Source: an uncultured Solirubrobacterales bacterium (GTDB lineage: Bacteria; Actinomycetota; Thermoleophilia; Solirubrobacterales; Solirubrobacteraceae). Taken from it: DNA of 64,000 nt. Location: contig CAVUNX010000010.1 of NCBI GenBank assembly GCA_963742945.1, forward strand, positions 7,234 to 71,233, in the 5' to 3' direction. The translations under genes and the position numbers were made by a program. Shown here one piece after another: positions 32,762 through 42,155 of the stretch. Numbering within the stretch: the first letter of the stretch is position 1; every line of letters begins with the position of its first letter. The notes below the pieces were generated by a model. It did not search any database. It was not told where the DNA came from and saw only the letters and a list, made by a program, of their open reading frames with translations.

Positions 32762-33893
32762 CTATTCCTCCCTTGACGTTTCGGGTTGACCTGGCGTGCT
32801 CCTCGTCGATGACGGCCGGCATGCGCGGCGGCGTCCGTGGCGGGTAGACGACGACCGTGCCACTCACCGTCAGATCCACCAGCTCGCCGATAGCGGGGAT
32901 GTCGTGGGCGAACGTCCGGGTCTTGACGATCGTGTCCGGCTCAGACTCCAACGCCAGCAGAATCACGGTGTCGGGCCCGTAGTAGGTGTGGCCGATCACC
33001 CTCGCCGGCACGCCCTCCGCGCGTGGCCTGTCGCGAGCGTCGCCTCTCCTCGCGTGAAGCTGCTCCGGGCGAATCATCACCTCGACCGGGCCGTCGATTG
33101 CGGGAGCGCGGATGTCCAGCTCCCCCAGTCCGCACGCGACTCGGCCAAAGCTCGCGTCACCCGGCAGGATGACCGCTTCGCCGACAAACCGCGCGACACC
33201 GCAATCGACCGGCTGGCGGTACAGGGTGGTCGGGGCCGCGCGCTGCACGAGGCGACCATCGCGCAGCACCGCGACCTCCCTGCCCATCGATAGCGCCTCG
33301 GACTGGTCGTGGGTGACCAGCACGGCTGTGGTTCCCTCCTCCGCCAGCGCGTGCAGGACCGCTTCGCGCGTGTCAACTCGCAACGCGGCGTCGAGCCCGG
33401 AGAACGGCTCGTCGAGGAGCACGAGCCGGGGCCTGGGGGCGAGCGCTCGCGCCAGAGCGACGCGACGCTGCTCACCGCCCGAGAGCTCCTGCGGACGCCT
33501 GCGGCTGTAGCTGTCGTCCAAGCCGACAAGTCTGAGTGCCTCGGAGACGCGAGCGCCCTGTCTGCGCTCTGAGCGGGGAAGCCCGAAGCCGACGTTCCCG
33601 CCGACGGTGACGTGGGGGAACAGCGCGCCTTCTTGGGCGACATAGCCGACCGCACGCTTGTCGGTCCTTACGTTGACCCGCCTGGCATCGGCCACGATCG
33701 ATCCGTCTATGGCGATCGTGCCGGCGTCGGCCTCGACCAGGCCCATCACCACTCGCAATAGTGTGGTCTTGCCACTTCCCGACGCGCCGAGGATCGCGGT
33801 CAGGGTGCCCTCGGGAACCACGAGGTCCACGCCGCGCAGCACGGTTCGCGTTCCATAGGACTTGCCCAGTCCCTCGCAGCGCAGCTCAGCCAT
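32739..33893 (-). CDS. Fe3+ ABC transporter ATP-binding protein with TOBE domain
   Basis: GASGSGKT, LSGGEQRR, LDEPFSGLD. Confidence 0.92.
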   Translation of the reverse strand: MAELRCEGLGKSYGTRTVLRGVDLVVPEGTLTAILGASGSGKTTLLRVVMGLVEADAGTIAIDGSIVADARRVNVRTDKRAVGYVAQEGALFPHVTVGGNVGFGLPRSERRQGARVSEALRLVGLDDSYSRRRPQELSGGEQRRVALARALAPRPRLVLLDEPFSGLDAALRVDTREAVLHALAEEGTTAVLVTHDQSEALSMGREVAVLRDGRLVQRAAPTTLYRQPVDCGVARFVGEAVILPGDASFGRVACGLGELDIRAPAIDGPVEVMIRPEQLHARRGDARDRPRAEGVPARVIGHTYYGPDTVILLALESEPDTIVKTRTFAHDIPAIGELVDLTVSGTVVVYPPRTPPRMPAVIDEEHARSTRNVKGGIDERTSTK

Positions 33894-33897
33894 GTCC

Positions 33898-35514
33898 TCA
33901 CGAGACTCGCGGCGAGCGAGTCCGGCCGAAGCGGCTCATCAGAACGTAGGTAGCGATCAACGACAGCGCGATCAGTACCGCGGCAAACGGTGCGGCGGCC
34001 GCGAAAGCAACCGTCGAGCTGTTCGCCTGGAATTCGGTCCCGAGTGTGTACATGTCAGGGGGAAGCAGCACCTGGGCGGTCGAGACGTCGCCGAGCACGA
34101 AGGCGAACACGAGCACGCCCGCCGCCGCGAACCCGGGACGGGCGAGCGGCACCGTGACCCGCCACAGCGTCTTCAGCGGACCGACTCCGAGCGATCGAGC
34201 CGAATCTTCGAGGGCAGGCTCGATCTGCCCGAGCGTCGCTCGCATTGCCACGACGGCAAAGGGAACGAAGAGGATCGCGTCGGCCACAACGAGCAGAGTG
34301 ACCCCACCGGAGAGGAAGTGGCCCCAGTGACTCGCCGCATATGCCAGCGCGATCGCGGCGACGAGGTCGGGAAGCGCGAACGACAGGTAGGTCGCTCGCT
34401 CGAGGACGGTCGCGACCCTGCCTCGGTAGCGGACGACGAGTATTGCCACCGGCAGGGAGATGGCTACCGCGATCGCCGCGGAGCCGAGGCCGAGGCCGAC
34501 GGATGTCAGCGTTGCCGGCCAAAGGTAGTGAAGGTTTTCGGAGGCGATTGAGTAGCCCGCATGGCTGCTCTGCGTGAACCAGTAGATCAACATCCCGATC
34601 GGGATGCCGAGGCCTATCGCCACGACCAGAGCGAGGATGCCGAGTACGAGCGGGGCGGCCCACCCCAGGCGATAGCGGATCGGCGCTCGCCGGGCTCCAG
34701 GGCCGACGCGAGCGTAGTTGGCGTTGCCCCTGAGCCATGCCTCGCCGAACAGCAGCACCACGCACAACGCGATCGAGAGCAACGAGAGGGCAGCTGCGCC
34801 CGAGCCGCTGAAGCTCAGCTGGTACTGGGAGTAGACGTCCACCGCAAACGTCTGGAATTTCAGCCCCACGAAAGCGTCGAACTCGACCAGCGTGTCCAGC
34901 ACGACCAGCAGCAGGCCGCCGAGCAGCGCTGGGCGAAGCTGGGGGAGTACGACGCGGAAGAACGTCTTGCGCCCGTTGAGCCCCAGCGAGCGGGCGCTCT
35001 CCTCAAGTGCCGGATCCAGGCCGCGCAGCGAGACCGCGACGAGTAGGAAGACGATCGGGTAATAGGAGAAGGCGATGATGCCCGAGGCCCCGACCAGTCC
35101 CTGCAGCGACGTGCTCAGCGTGGCCCACGCGTAGCTCGTCACGAACAGTGGCACCGTCAGGGGGGCGACGAGCAGCAGCGCCCAGAGCCTGCGCCCGGGT
35201 AGATTGGTTCGCTCGACGAACCAGGCGCATGCGACGCCGAGCACGCCGGCCACGGGCGTGGCGATCGCGGCGACCAGCACGGTGTGTTGCAGCAGTTCAT
35301 TGGTTGAGGTCGCCTCGATCGCATGAGTCAGGGCGGAGATCCCACCCTGAAAGGCCTGGATGACCGTGACTGTCACCGGCAGCACGACGACGGCCACGGC
35401 CAGCAGGCACAGGATCAGCAAGCCGGTTGGGGTCTCGCGCGATAGGCCGCGCCGACGGCCCCGTCCTCGCGGCGTCGCAGCAAAGCGTCGGTTGGAGACT
35501 GCTCGGGGGCCCAT
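33898..35514 (-). CDS. Fe3+ ABC transporter permease (two-domain FbpB-like)
   Basis: Two EAA loops, 'LEESARSLG' and 'LEDSARSLG'. Confidence 0.92.
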   Translation of the reverse strand: MGPRAVSNRRFAATPRGRGRRRGLSRETPTGLLILCLLAVAVVVLPVTVTVIQAFQGGISALTHAIEATSTNELLQHTVLVAAIATPVAGVLGVACAWFVERTNLPGRRLWALLLVAPLTVPLFVTSYAWATLSTSLQGLVGASGIIAFSYYPIVFLLVAVSLRGLDPALEESARSLGLNGRKTFFRVVLPQLRPALLGGLLLVVLDTLVEFDAFVGLKFQTFAVDVYSQYQLSFSGSGAAALSLLSIALCVVLLFGEAWLRGNANYARVGPGARRAPIRYRLGWAAPLVLGILALVVAIGLGIPIGMLIYWFTQSSHAGYSIASENLHYLWPATLTSVGLGLGSAAIAVAISLPVAILVVRYRGRVATVLERATYLSFALPDLVAAIALAYAASHWGHFLSGGVTLLVVADAILFVPFAVVAMRATLGQIEPALEDSARSLGVGPLKTLWRVTVPLARPGFAAAGVLVFAFVLGDVSTAQVLLPPDMYTLGTEFQANSSTVAFAAAAPFAAVLIALSLIATYVLMSRFGRTRSPRVS

Positions 35515-35639
35515 AGGAAATTTGTGGTGCCAGTAGTTGAGATTCTCCCAGAAAACCAAATCTCGCGTGCCGATCCAGCATGGCCTGAGATCGTGTTGGT
35601 TTGCCCATGGCGACCTTGCCCATCCCGACGCTGGTGCGG

Positions 35640-36751
35640 CTACCCGAGCTGAATGTGGTCGGCCTCGGCCGCCCCGCCGAAGGGGCGCGTGAGGCCGAAC
35701 TGTTTCAGCGTCCCCTCGGGCACGCCCTCGACACCAGGCGTGTCCGAGGCTTCGCCGCGCGTATGGGGATCGTTGGCAAAGCCGCCCACCTCGACCGAGT
35801 GCTGCGGGGTGCGGTAGCCGGAGATGCCGATCAGGTGCAGATGTAGCGCCCTGCCCATCGTGTTCAGGCGTGAGGCGATAGCGGGCTCGTTGCCCACGCT
35901 GTAGTTGGTCCCGGGCGCCTGGAAGAAGCCATATTCGCCTGAGGGGAGACCAACTTCAGAGGGGGAGCCGGCGGCGAACGACTGGTTCTGGGAGGCGAAC
36001 TCACTGACTTGGATCGAGGCGAGTTCTTTTTCAAGCGACCTGCGGTGCGAGCGCAGTCCGCCCAGCTCCGAGCTCTTGCGGTCGCGCGCGTGCAGGTACT
36101 CGAGCTGGCGGTTCACGAGCGCGAGGTGCAGGTGGGCGACCTCGTCACGCTGCACCAGCACCGCGGTCGTCTCGCGCTGATGGGAAGCGGCGAGGACCGC
36201 GAGGCGCTCTGTCTCATGGGCGACTGCCGCGCGCGCGCCAATCACCTGCGTCGTCGCGTTGGCGTTCTGCTGGCCGATCGCCTTGAGGTCGTCGACACGC
36301 TCGATCAGGTCGCCGAAGCCGTGGGCGTCGAGGATCACCGTAACGATGCTCGGTGGGGGGACTCGTATGCGGCGACCACCTGGGCGACGAGCACCTGCTT
36401 GTCATGTGCGAGCTGCACCTGCAGTGAGGCGAGATGCGAACGCGCCGCCTTCAGCTGGGCCTTCAGCTTTTCGAGCAGCCGGCGCTCGAAGGTGAGGCTC
36501 GATTCGAGCGCTGAGAGGCGCGCGTGCAGATCGTCGATGCTCCCCTGGAAGCCGGCGATCTTGTGCGAGTCGGCTCGGATAGCGGCACTGAGAGCACCCT
36601 CCTTTGCCGTCGAGGAGGAGATCCCGCTTTCAAGTCCCCCCTGCGACCGCCCGGCAAGCGCCGGGGAGGCCGCGACAGCGACAAGCAGCGCGAGTAGCGC
36701 GACGGCATATCGCAGGCGGATGGATTGAGGCTGAAAGTCGTGAAGTCTCAT
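35640..36751 (-). CDS. Secreted coiled-coil (PcsB/EnvC-like) protein with C-terminal M15-like Zn peptidase domain (frameshift ~36355)
   Basis: Signal peptide, long coiled coil, 'ISGYRT...DPHTRGEASD...HIQL' LAS/M15 metal ligands. Confidence 0.75.
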
Positions 36752-36964
36752 CGCTGGGGGAAGCGTCCCCACGAACCGTCCAGCTCGTGGTGGCTGTCAT
36801 GACTTGCGCAAGCTAGCCGTGCCTCGCCCGAATCACAAGCGTGAAGGGGTGCGTGCAAATGGAGTTGCACAGGCGAGGAGCTTCCCCGAGGCCCGTTCTC
36901 CTGGTGGGTTGGGCCTTACACGCTGTCACGAAACGCGGTCCCCGCGTCACTAGACAGTAGGCAG

Positions 36965-38077
36965 ATGCTCGCCATGGGTAATATCAAGCAACGCGGAGCA
37001 TCTGGGGATCTCCTCGAGCGCATCGAGGTGTCTGGTCAAGCGACGCGCTCAAACGTGGAGGAAATTCAGCGATCCAGGATCCTGGGAGCGATGGCCGAAG
37101 AGGTGGCCATACGCGGCGCGTCATCGGTGACGGTGGCGCGCGTGATCGCGCGCGCCGGCGTCTCGCGAAGGCTCTTCTACGAGCTCTTCGCCGACATCGA
37201 GGATTGCTTCCTGGCGACGTTCGACTGGGCCATGGATCAGGCGCGGAGCGTCGCGGTGGAGGCATACACCGCCGAGCGGAGCTGGCGTGAGGGAGTTCGC
37301 GCCGGCCTCGCCGCTCTGCTGCGCTTCTTTGACGAGCAGTCGCTGCTCGCGCAGCTTTGCGTCGTGCACGCCGCTGGGGGCGGCCCACGGGTGCTGGAAC
37401 ACCGCTCACGCGTGATGACCGAGCTGTGCGATGTCATCGACCTTGGACGCTCGGAGAGCTCTGGCAAGCGGGTGCCGAGCCCGGTGGTGGCGGAGGGCGT
37501 AGTGGGTGCGGTCCTTGCGGTGCTCTATACACGACTGCTCGCGCGTGGCACCGGCACCGACTCCAATGACAATCACGCCAAGCCACCCGGCGAGGAGCGA
37601 CCGCTGATCGAGATGCACGGCGAGCTTGTGAGCCTGATCGTGCTGCCCTACCTGGGAGCCACCGTCGCCGGGCGCGAGCTGCACAGGCCCGCGCCCGCGC
37701 CGCGCTCACGCTCGCGCCCGGTCGAGCAGCTCCCGACGGGGCGCTCGACGCTCGAGGAGCCCGCTCGCCTCACATATCGCACGGTGCGCGTGCTCAGGGC
37801 CATCGCCGAGCTTCCGGCTGGCAGCAACCGCGAAGTGGCCGAACGCGCGGGCATAGTCGACCAGGGACAGATCTCGAAGATCCTCACCCGCCTTGAGTAT
37901 CAGGGGCTCGTCGTCAACCAAGGCGGTCACAGCATGGCGCGCGGCACCCCCAACTCGTGGTGGCTCACCGAGCGGGGTGAGGCGCTCGAGCGGGAACTAC
38001 GCGAACATCCCCCAGGCGAGGTGGGCTCCGAGTCTCAGCCCGGGAGCGGCTCGAGCTCCGGACGGCCCGCTACCTAG
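36965..38077 (+). CDS. TetR/AcrR-family regulator with an extra C-terminal MarR-like winged HTH
   Basis: 'TVARVIARAGVSRRLFYELF' and 'SNREVAERAGIVDQGQISKILTRLE...WWLTERG'. Confidence 0.85.
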   Translation: MLAMGNIKQRGASGDLLERIEVSGQATRSNVEEIQRSRILGAMAEEVAIRGASSVTVARVIARAGVSRRLFYELFADIEDCFLATFDWAMDQARSVAVEAYTAERSWREGVRAGLAALLRFFDEQSLLAQLCVVHAAGGGPRVLEHRSRVMTELCDVIDLGRSESSGKRVPSPVVAEGVVGAVLAVLYTRLLARGTGTDSNDNHAKPPGEERPLIEMHGELVSLIVLPYLGATVAGRELHRPAPAPRSRSRPVEQLPTGRSTLEEPARLTYRTVRVLRAIAELPAGSNREVAERAGIVDQGQISKILTRLEYQGLVVNQGGHSMARGTPNSWWLTERGEALERELREHPPGEVGSESQPGSGSSSGRPAT

Positions 38078-40226
38078 AACGGACGCGGATCAACAGCGAC
38101 CTGGTAGCCCCACCAAAGGCCACCAGTGTCAAGCGATAGACGCCGGGCGCGAGCCGGCCCGTGCTGTGCAGATGACGGCGGTTGAGGCCCCCGATCGCGG
38201 CGAACGTGGGCGAGGCCGGCAGCGTCCGCCAACGTGCGTGTCCGCCGCGGGCGACCAGCACAGAAAGCCGCACGCGCACCTCCACGGCTCGATTGAGGGT
38301 GAAGGAGAAGGCCAGGTGTGCGAGCGCGAGGGGCCCGTGGCGCAACGCGCTCCGGGCGTTGGCGGTGAGTCTGAGGTTGGAGATCCGCGGTGCGGGAACG
38401 GTTGAGCTCGCGGGGGAGCGTGCCCCGCCGGCCCGGGCCCCGCCGGCAGAGCCGGACGAGGCGCCGGCCCCGCTGGGCTGGGTGCCCGTCGCATCGCTAC
38501 CCGTGCCCTGCGGGCCCCCGCCCGAGCCTTCGCTGCCCGCGCCTTCGGAGCCTCCAGCTCCAGCTTTGCCTTTTTCTTCGCCGGCTTTGCCCTGCGGTTC
38601 GCCTCCTTCGCCTCCTTCGGCGGGCGGTTCCTCGGGCGCGAAGGCGCCGATCCCATCCGGCGTTCCGACCCCTGTCGGCCCGTCGTAACCTGTGGTCGCG
38701 TCGCAGATCCACGTGGCCGCCCCACAGTCAAGCGGCGACAGAGGGCTCATCGACCCTTCGCAGCTGGTGTATTCGCCGTCGCACTGGCCATTGCCGCCGG
38801 CTGTGATGTCGTGTAGCAGTGGTGAGCCGAGGTGCGAGTAAAGGGTCTGCGCCGGGTAGGCAACTCCATGGGCTCCACCGGCGAGGGCGACCATCGAGGC
38901 GATGATCGGCGAGGCCACGCTCGTGCCGCCAATCGGAGCCCAGTGGAGCACGGTGCTCAGTTTCGTGCCTTCTTCTTCGTAGGGGTAGGGGATCGAGTCG
39001 TACACGTTTACCCCGCTTGAAGGGTCTGCGTCGGCCGCGACGTCGGCGCTTGCGCGGCGCTGCCCGCAGCCGACCTGTGCCCAGTCGCTGACCTGCGACT
39101 GCCACGCGGGCGCCGGCAGCGAGCCGCTGCAGCCCGAGCCGCCCGCCCCTTGCGAATTCCAGGCCGACTCGCTCTGCCATGCTCCGCTCGCGCCAAGGGT
39201 GAGGCGGGTGCCTCCGACGCTGATCACATGTGGCGAGGAGGCGGGATAGTCGGCGCCTTGGAAGTAGGCTGAGCCCGGTTCGTCGCGGGTCGCGTATTGA
39301 TCCCAGTTCAGGTAACCGTCGTCGCCGGCGGCAGCGGCGATCGCGACCCCGGGATGGTTGAAAGCCTGGTCGTCGGCGCCGCCTTCCGGGCCACCCCACG
39401 AGTCGGAGATCTCGTTGGCGTGGATCGCCGCCGTATTCTCGGCGGTGTCCAGGTCGGCGTATTCCGGGGAGTCGGCCTCCACGAGCAGGATGTGACAGTT
39501 CTGGCATACCGCGTGGGCGACCTCCACGTCGGTCGCGATCTCAAGCGCCCATCCCTCCGCTTCTTCGGCCTCTTCTCGTTGGTGGGTAGTTCCTTTGGCA
39601 AAGGCTTCCAATTCAGCCTTGGTCTTGGGGAACGGCAGGCTGGATGGCGCTTCGCTGCCGTTTTCGCTCACCTGTTTGAAACAGCCGTTTGCCTTGGTGC
39701 ACACCGGCAGGCCAAATTCGGTGGAGTAGACGTTCAGGTCTGCTTCTGCGCTTGGATCGTTGTAGGCGTCCACGAGGGCGATCGTCTGCGGTTCGAGTGC
39801 CGGTGCCCGCGGGCTTTCGCCGGGGAAGTAGGCACTCTGCAGGTCCTGCGGGGTCAGGCAGCTCGAGGGGTAGCCGGCCGCGCATTCCGACGCTTTGGCG
39901 AGACCGGTGCGCGGAACGCTCCTGGTGGCGAGCCGATGGACTCGAGCGCGTGCCGCGGCTGTCCTCGGCGTCAGTCCGAGCACGAGACAGCTTGCGCGCC
40001 CGGGCGTCGGCGCCGTGCACGCGGGGCGCACCACGTAGTCGGAGCGCGGCAGTGGCGCCACGGTGGCCGCGGCCACCGTGGACGGACCGACGAGCGCCGA
40101 CAGGGCGAGGGCCAGCGAGGCGAGGGCCAGCACGGCGGGGGCGCCCGGCACGCGGGGCGCCTCATGGCCAGGTCGCGCTCCGGCAAGCGTTGGCTCCGAC
40201 GACGTGCGAGGTGTGCTCATCTCCAT
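38070..40226 (-). CDS. Secreted S53 (sedolisin/kumamolisin-like) peptidase with Gly-rich linker and basic C-terminal beta domain
   Basis: 'EIATD' (Glu/Asp), 'AAAGDDG' oxyanion Asp, 'GGTSVASP' catalytic Ser, 'GYDGPTGVGTP' Ca site. Confidence 0.88.
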   Translation of the reverse strand: MEMSTPRTSSEPTLAGARPGHEAPRVPGAPAVLALASLALALSALVGPSTVAAATVAPLPRSDYVVRPACTAPTPGRASCLVLGLTPRTAAARARVHRLATRSVPRTGLAKASECAAGYPSSCLTPQDLQSAYFPGESPRAPALEPQTIALVDAYNDPSAEADLNVYSTEFGLPVCTKANGCFKQVSENGSEAPSSLPFPKTKAELEAFAKGTTHQREEAEEAEGWALEIATDVEVAHAVCQNCHILLVEADSPEYADLDTAENTAAIHANEISDSWGGPEGGADDQAFNHPGVAIAAAAGDDGYLNWDQYATRDEPGSAYFQGADYPASSPHVISVGGTRLTLGASGAWQSESAWNSQGAGGSGCSGSLPAPAWQSQVSDWAQVGCGQRRASADVAADADPSSGVNVYDSIPYPYEEEGTKLSTVLHWAPIGGTSVASPIIASMVALAGGAHGVAYPAQTLYSHLGSPLLHDITAGGNGQCDGEYTSCEGSMSPLSPLDCGAATWICDATTGYDGPTGVGTPDGIGAFAPEEPPAEGGEGGEPQGKAGEEKGKAGAGGSEGAGSEGSGGGPQGTGSDATGTQPSGAGASSGSAGGARAGGARSPASSTVPAPRISNLRLTANARSALRHGPLALAHLAFSFTLNRAVEVRVRLSVLVARGGHARWRTLPASPTFAAIGGLNRRHLHSTGRLAPGVYRLTLVAFGGATRSLLIRVRSR

Positions 40227-40362
40227 CACCAACCGATCGGACACGCTAGCGGAGTGCTTGAACGCTTGAGCTCCACCTACGCATGTTGGCGCAGCTTGAC
40301 TCGGCGGGGTTCACCCCAGGCCATCCCACCCCGGCTCCGAGGAGGGCCTACCTCGCACACCG

Positions 40363-40442
40363 GTAACGAGACCGTCACGTGGGATAACCAGACGGTCACA
40401 TCGCGTCACAGGACCATCACAACGCGGTTACGTGAGGGTCAC
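40363..40442 (+). promoter_or_regulatory. Array of 8 phased (G/A)TNAC direct repeats with 10-11-bp period (PHO-box/OmpR-family-like)
   Basis: gtaac 40363, gtcac 40374, ataac 40384, gtcac 40395, gtcac 40405, atcac 40416, gttac 40427, gtcac 40438. Confidence 0.65.
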
Positions 40443-40533
40443 CGGGTGGGTCTCGCTGGGCTCCAGGATCAAGCCACGGCGGGAGGGGCGTAGACGCCTT
40501 GCCCGCGCCCAATCCATCAAGGAGCATTTCTCA

Positions 40534-42066
40534 ATGCGCAATCGAGCACTGGTGGTTGCTGCGCTGCTCGCGACGCTTGCGGTCGGGGCGATCCCCGCGC
40601 ACGCGAACCCGACCCAGGCGACGGCGACCCCGATCAAGCATCTGGTGGTGGTCTTCCAGGAGAACGTCTCGTTCGATCACTACTTCGGGACCTACCCCAA
40701 CGCCGCCAATCCGGCCGGCGAGCCCCCGTTCACACCCTCGCCTCGCACCCCGGGCGTGAACGGTCTCAACGAAGACCTGCTGAGCATGAACCCGAACTCT
40801 TCCAACCCATTCCGCCTGGATCGCTCGCAGGAGCTGATCTGCGACCAGGATCACGACTACACGCCCGAGCAGCAAGCCTTCGATGGCGGATTGATGGATA
40901 TGTTCGTGCAGTACACCGGCGGGTGCGCAGAAAAAAGACCTGACGATGGGCTACTACGACGGCAACACGGTCACAGGTCTGTGGAACTACGCACAGAACT
41001 TCGCGATGAGCGACAACTCGTACGACACGACCTTCGGCCCCTCAACGCCCGGAGCGCTCAACCTTGTATCCGGGCAAACGCATGGAGTCACCCCGGCCTC
41101 GCTTCCGGATGTCACCGAAAACGGCACCGTGTACGGCGACGCCGACCCCGCCTACGACGACTGCTCGAAAGGCACGACGTCGGCGATGGCCCCCACCGAC
41201 AGGAACGTCGGCGACGAGCTCAACGCCAAGGGCCTGACCTGGGGCTGGTTCCAGGGTGGGTTCGCCGCCCACGAGCACGAGCAGTGGAAAGGCTGTCTGC
41301 GGCTCGAGCCACAAGAACGTGGGTGGTGAAACGGTGGCGGACTACAGTCCCCACCACGAGCCCTTCGAGTACTACCAGTCCACCGGCAACCCGCACCACC
41401 TGCCGCCGAGCTCGGTGAGCATGATCGGCAAGCAGGACCAGGCCAACCACCAGTACGACCTGTCGGACTTCTACGTGGCGCTCGCGCACGACGAGCTGCC
41501 CGCCGTGTCCTATCTGAAGGCCGCCAAGTACCAGGACGGCCACGCCGGCTACTCCGATCCCGCAGGACGAGCAGGCATTCGTCACACACGTACTCAACGA
41601 ACTGCAGCGCTCGCCTGACTGGTCGAGCACCGCGGTCGTGATCGCCTACGACGATTCGGACGGCTTCTATGACCACGTGATGCCTCCGGTCGTCAACTCC
41701 TCGGCCTCGGTGCAGGACGCGCTGAATGGCCCGGGCAAGTGTGGCAACGGCACCCCCGCCGGCGGCTATGAGGATCGTTGCGGCTACGGTCCGCGACTTC
41801 CGCTGCTCGTGGTGTCGCCGTGGGCCAGGCACGACTACGTCGATCACACGATCACCGACCAGTCCTCGGTGCTGCGGTTCGTCGAGGACAACTGGGGACT
41901 CGGCCGTATCGGCGACGGCTCGTTCGACGCGCGAGCGGGTTCGCTCGCGGGGATGTTCAAGTTCGGCCCACGCCACCACATGGACGACAAGCTGTTCCTG
42001 AACGAAAGCACCGGTGAGCCGCTGTATCCGCCGTTCGGGCACGACTCCGGTTATCGCGGTCACTGA
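40534..42066 (+). CDS. Secreted phosphoesterase / phospholipase C (AcpA/PlcH superfamily); 3 apparent frameshifts (~40935, ~41270, ~41565)
   Basis: 'IKHLVVVFQENVSFDHYFG', 'FGPSTPGALN', 'DGHAGYSDP', 'YDDSDGFYDHV', 'GPRLPLLVVSPWA'. Confidence 0.9.
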
Positions 42067-42155
42067 GCTGGGCGCCCTTGGCGCCGTGGATAGACGGTGA
42101 AGGGCACCGGGGCGGGGTCGTTGACTCCGCCCCGGTGGTCGTTACGCTGGGGGCG

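Noticed and set aside
35535-35570. Fur/IdeR box upstream of the Fe3+ ABC operon
   Set aside because: Only a half-site-like TTGAGATT is present, with no convincing palindrome.
40363-40442. Repeat array as CRISPR or iterons
   Set aside because: The units are 5-bp cores at an 11-bp period with no spacers, and no cas or rep gene is nearby.
40534-42066. Phosphoesterase as four separate genes or phase-variable via the A6 run near 40931
   Set aside because: The fragments are collinear parts of one enzyme and three independent shifts fit the window-wide error pattern.
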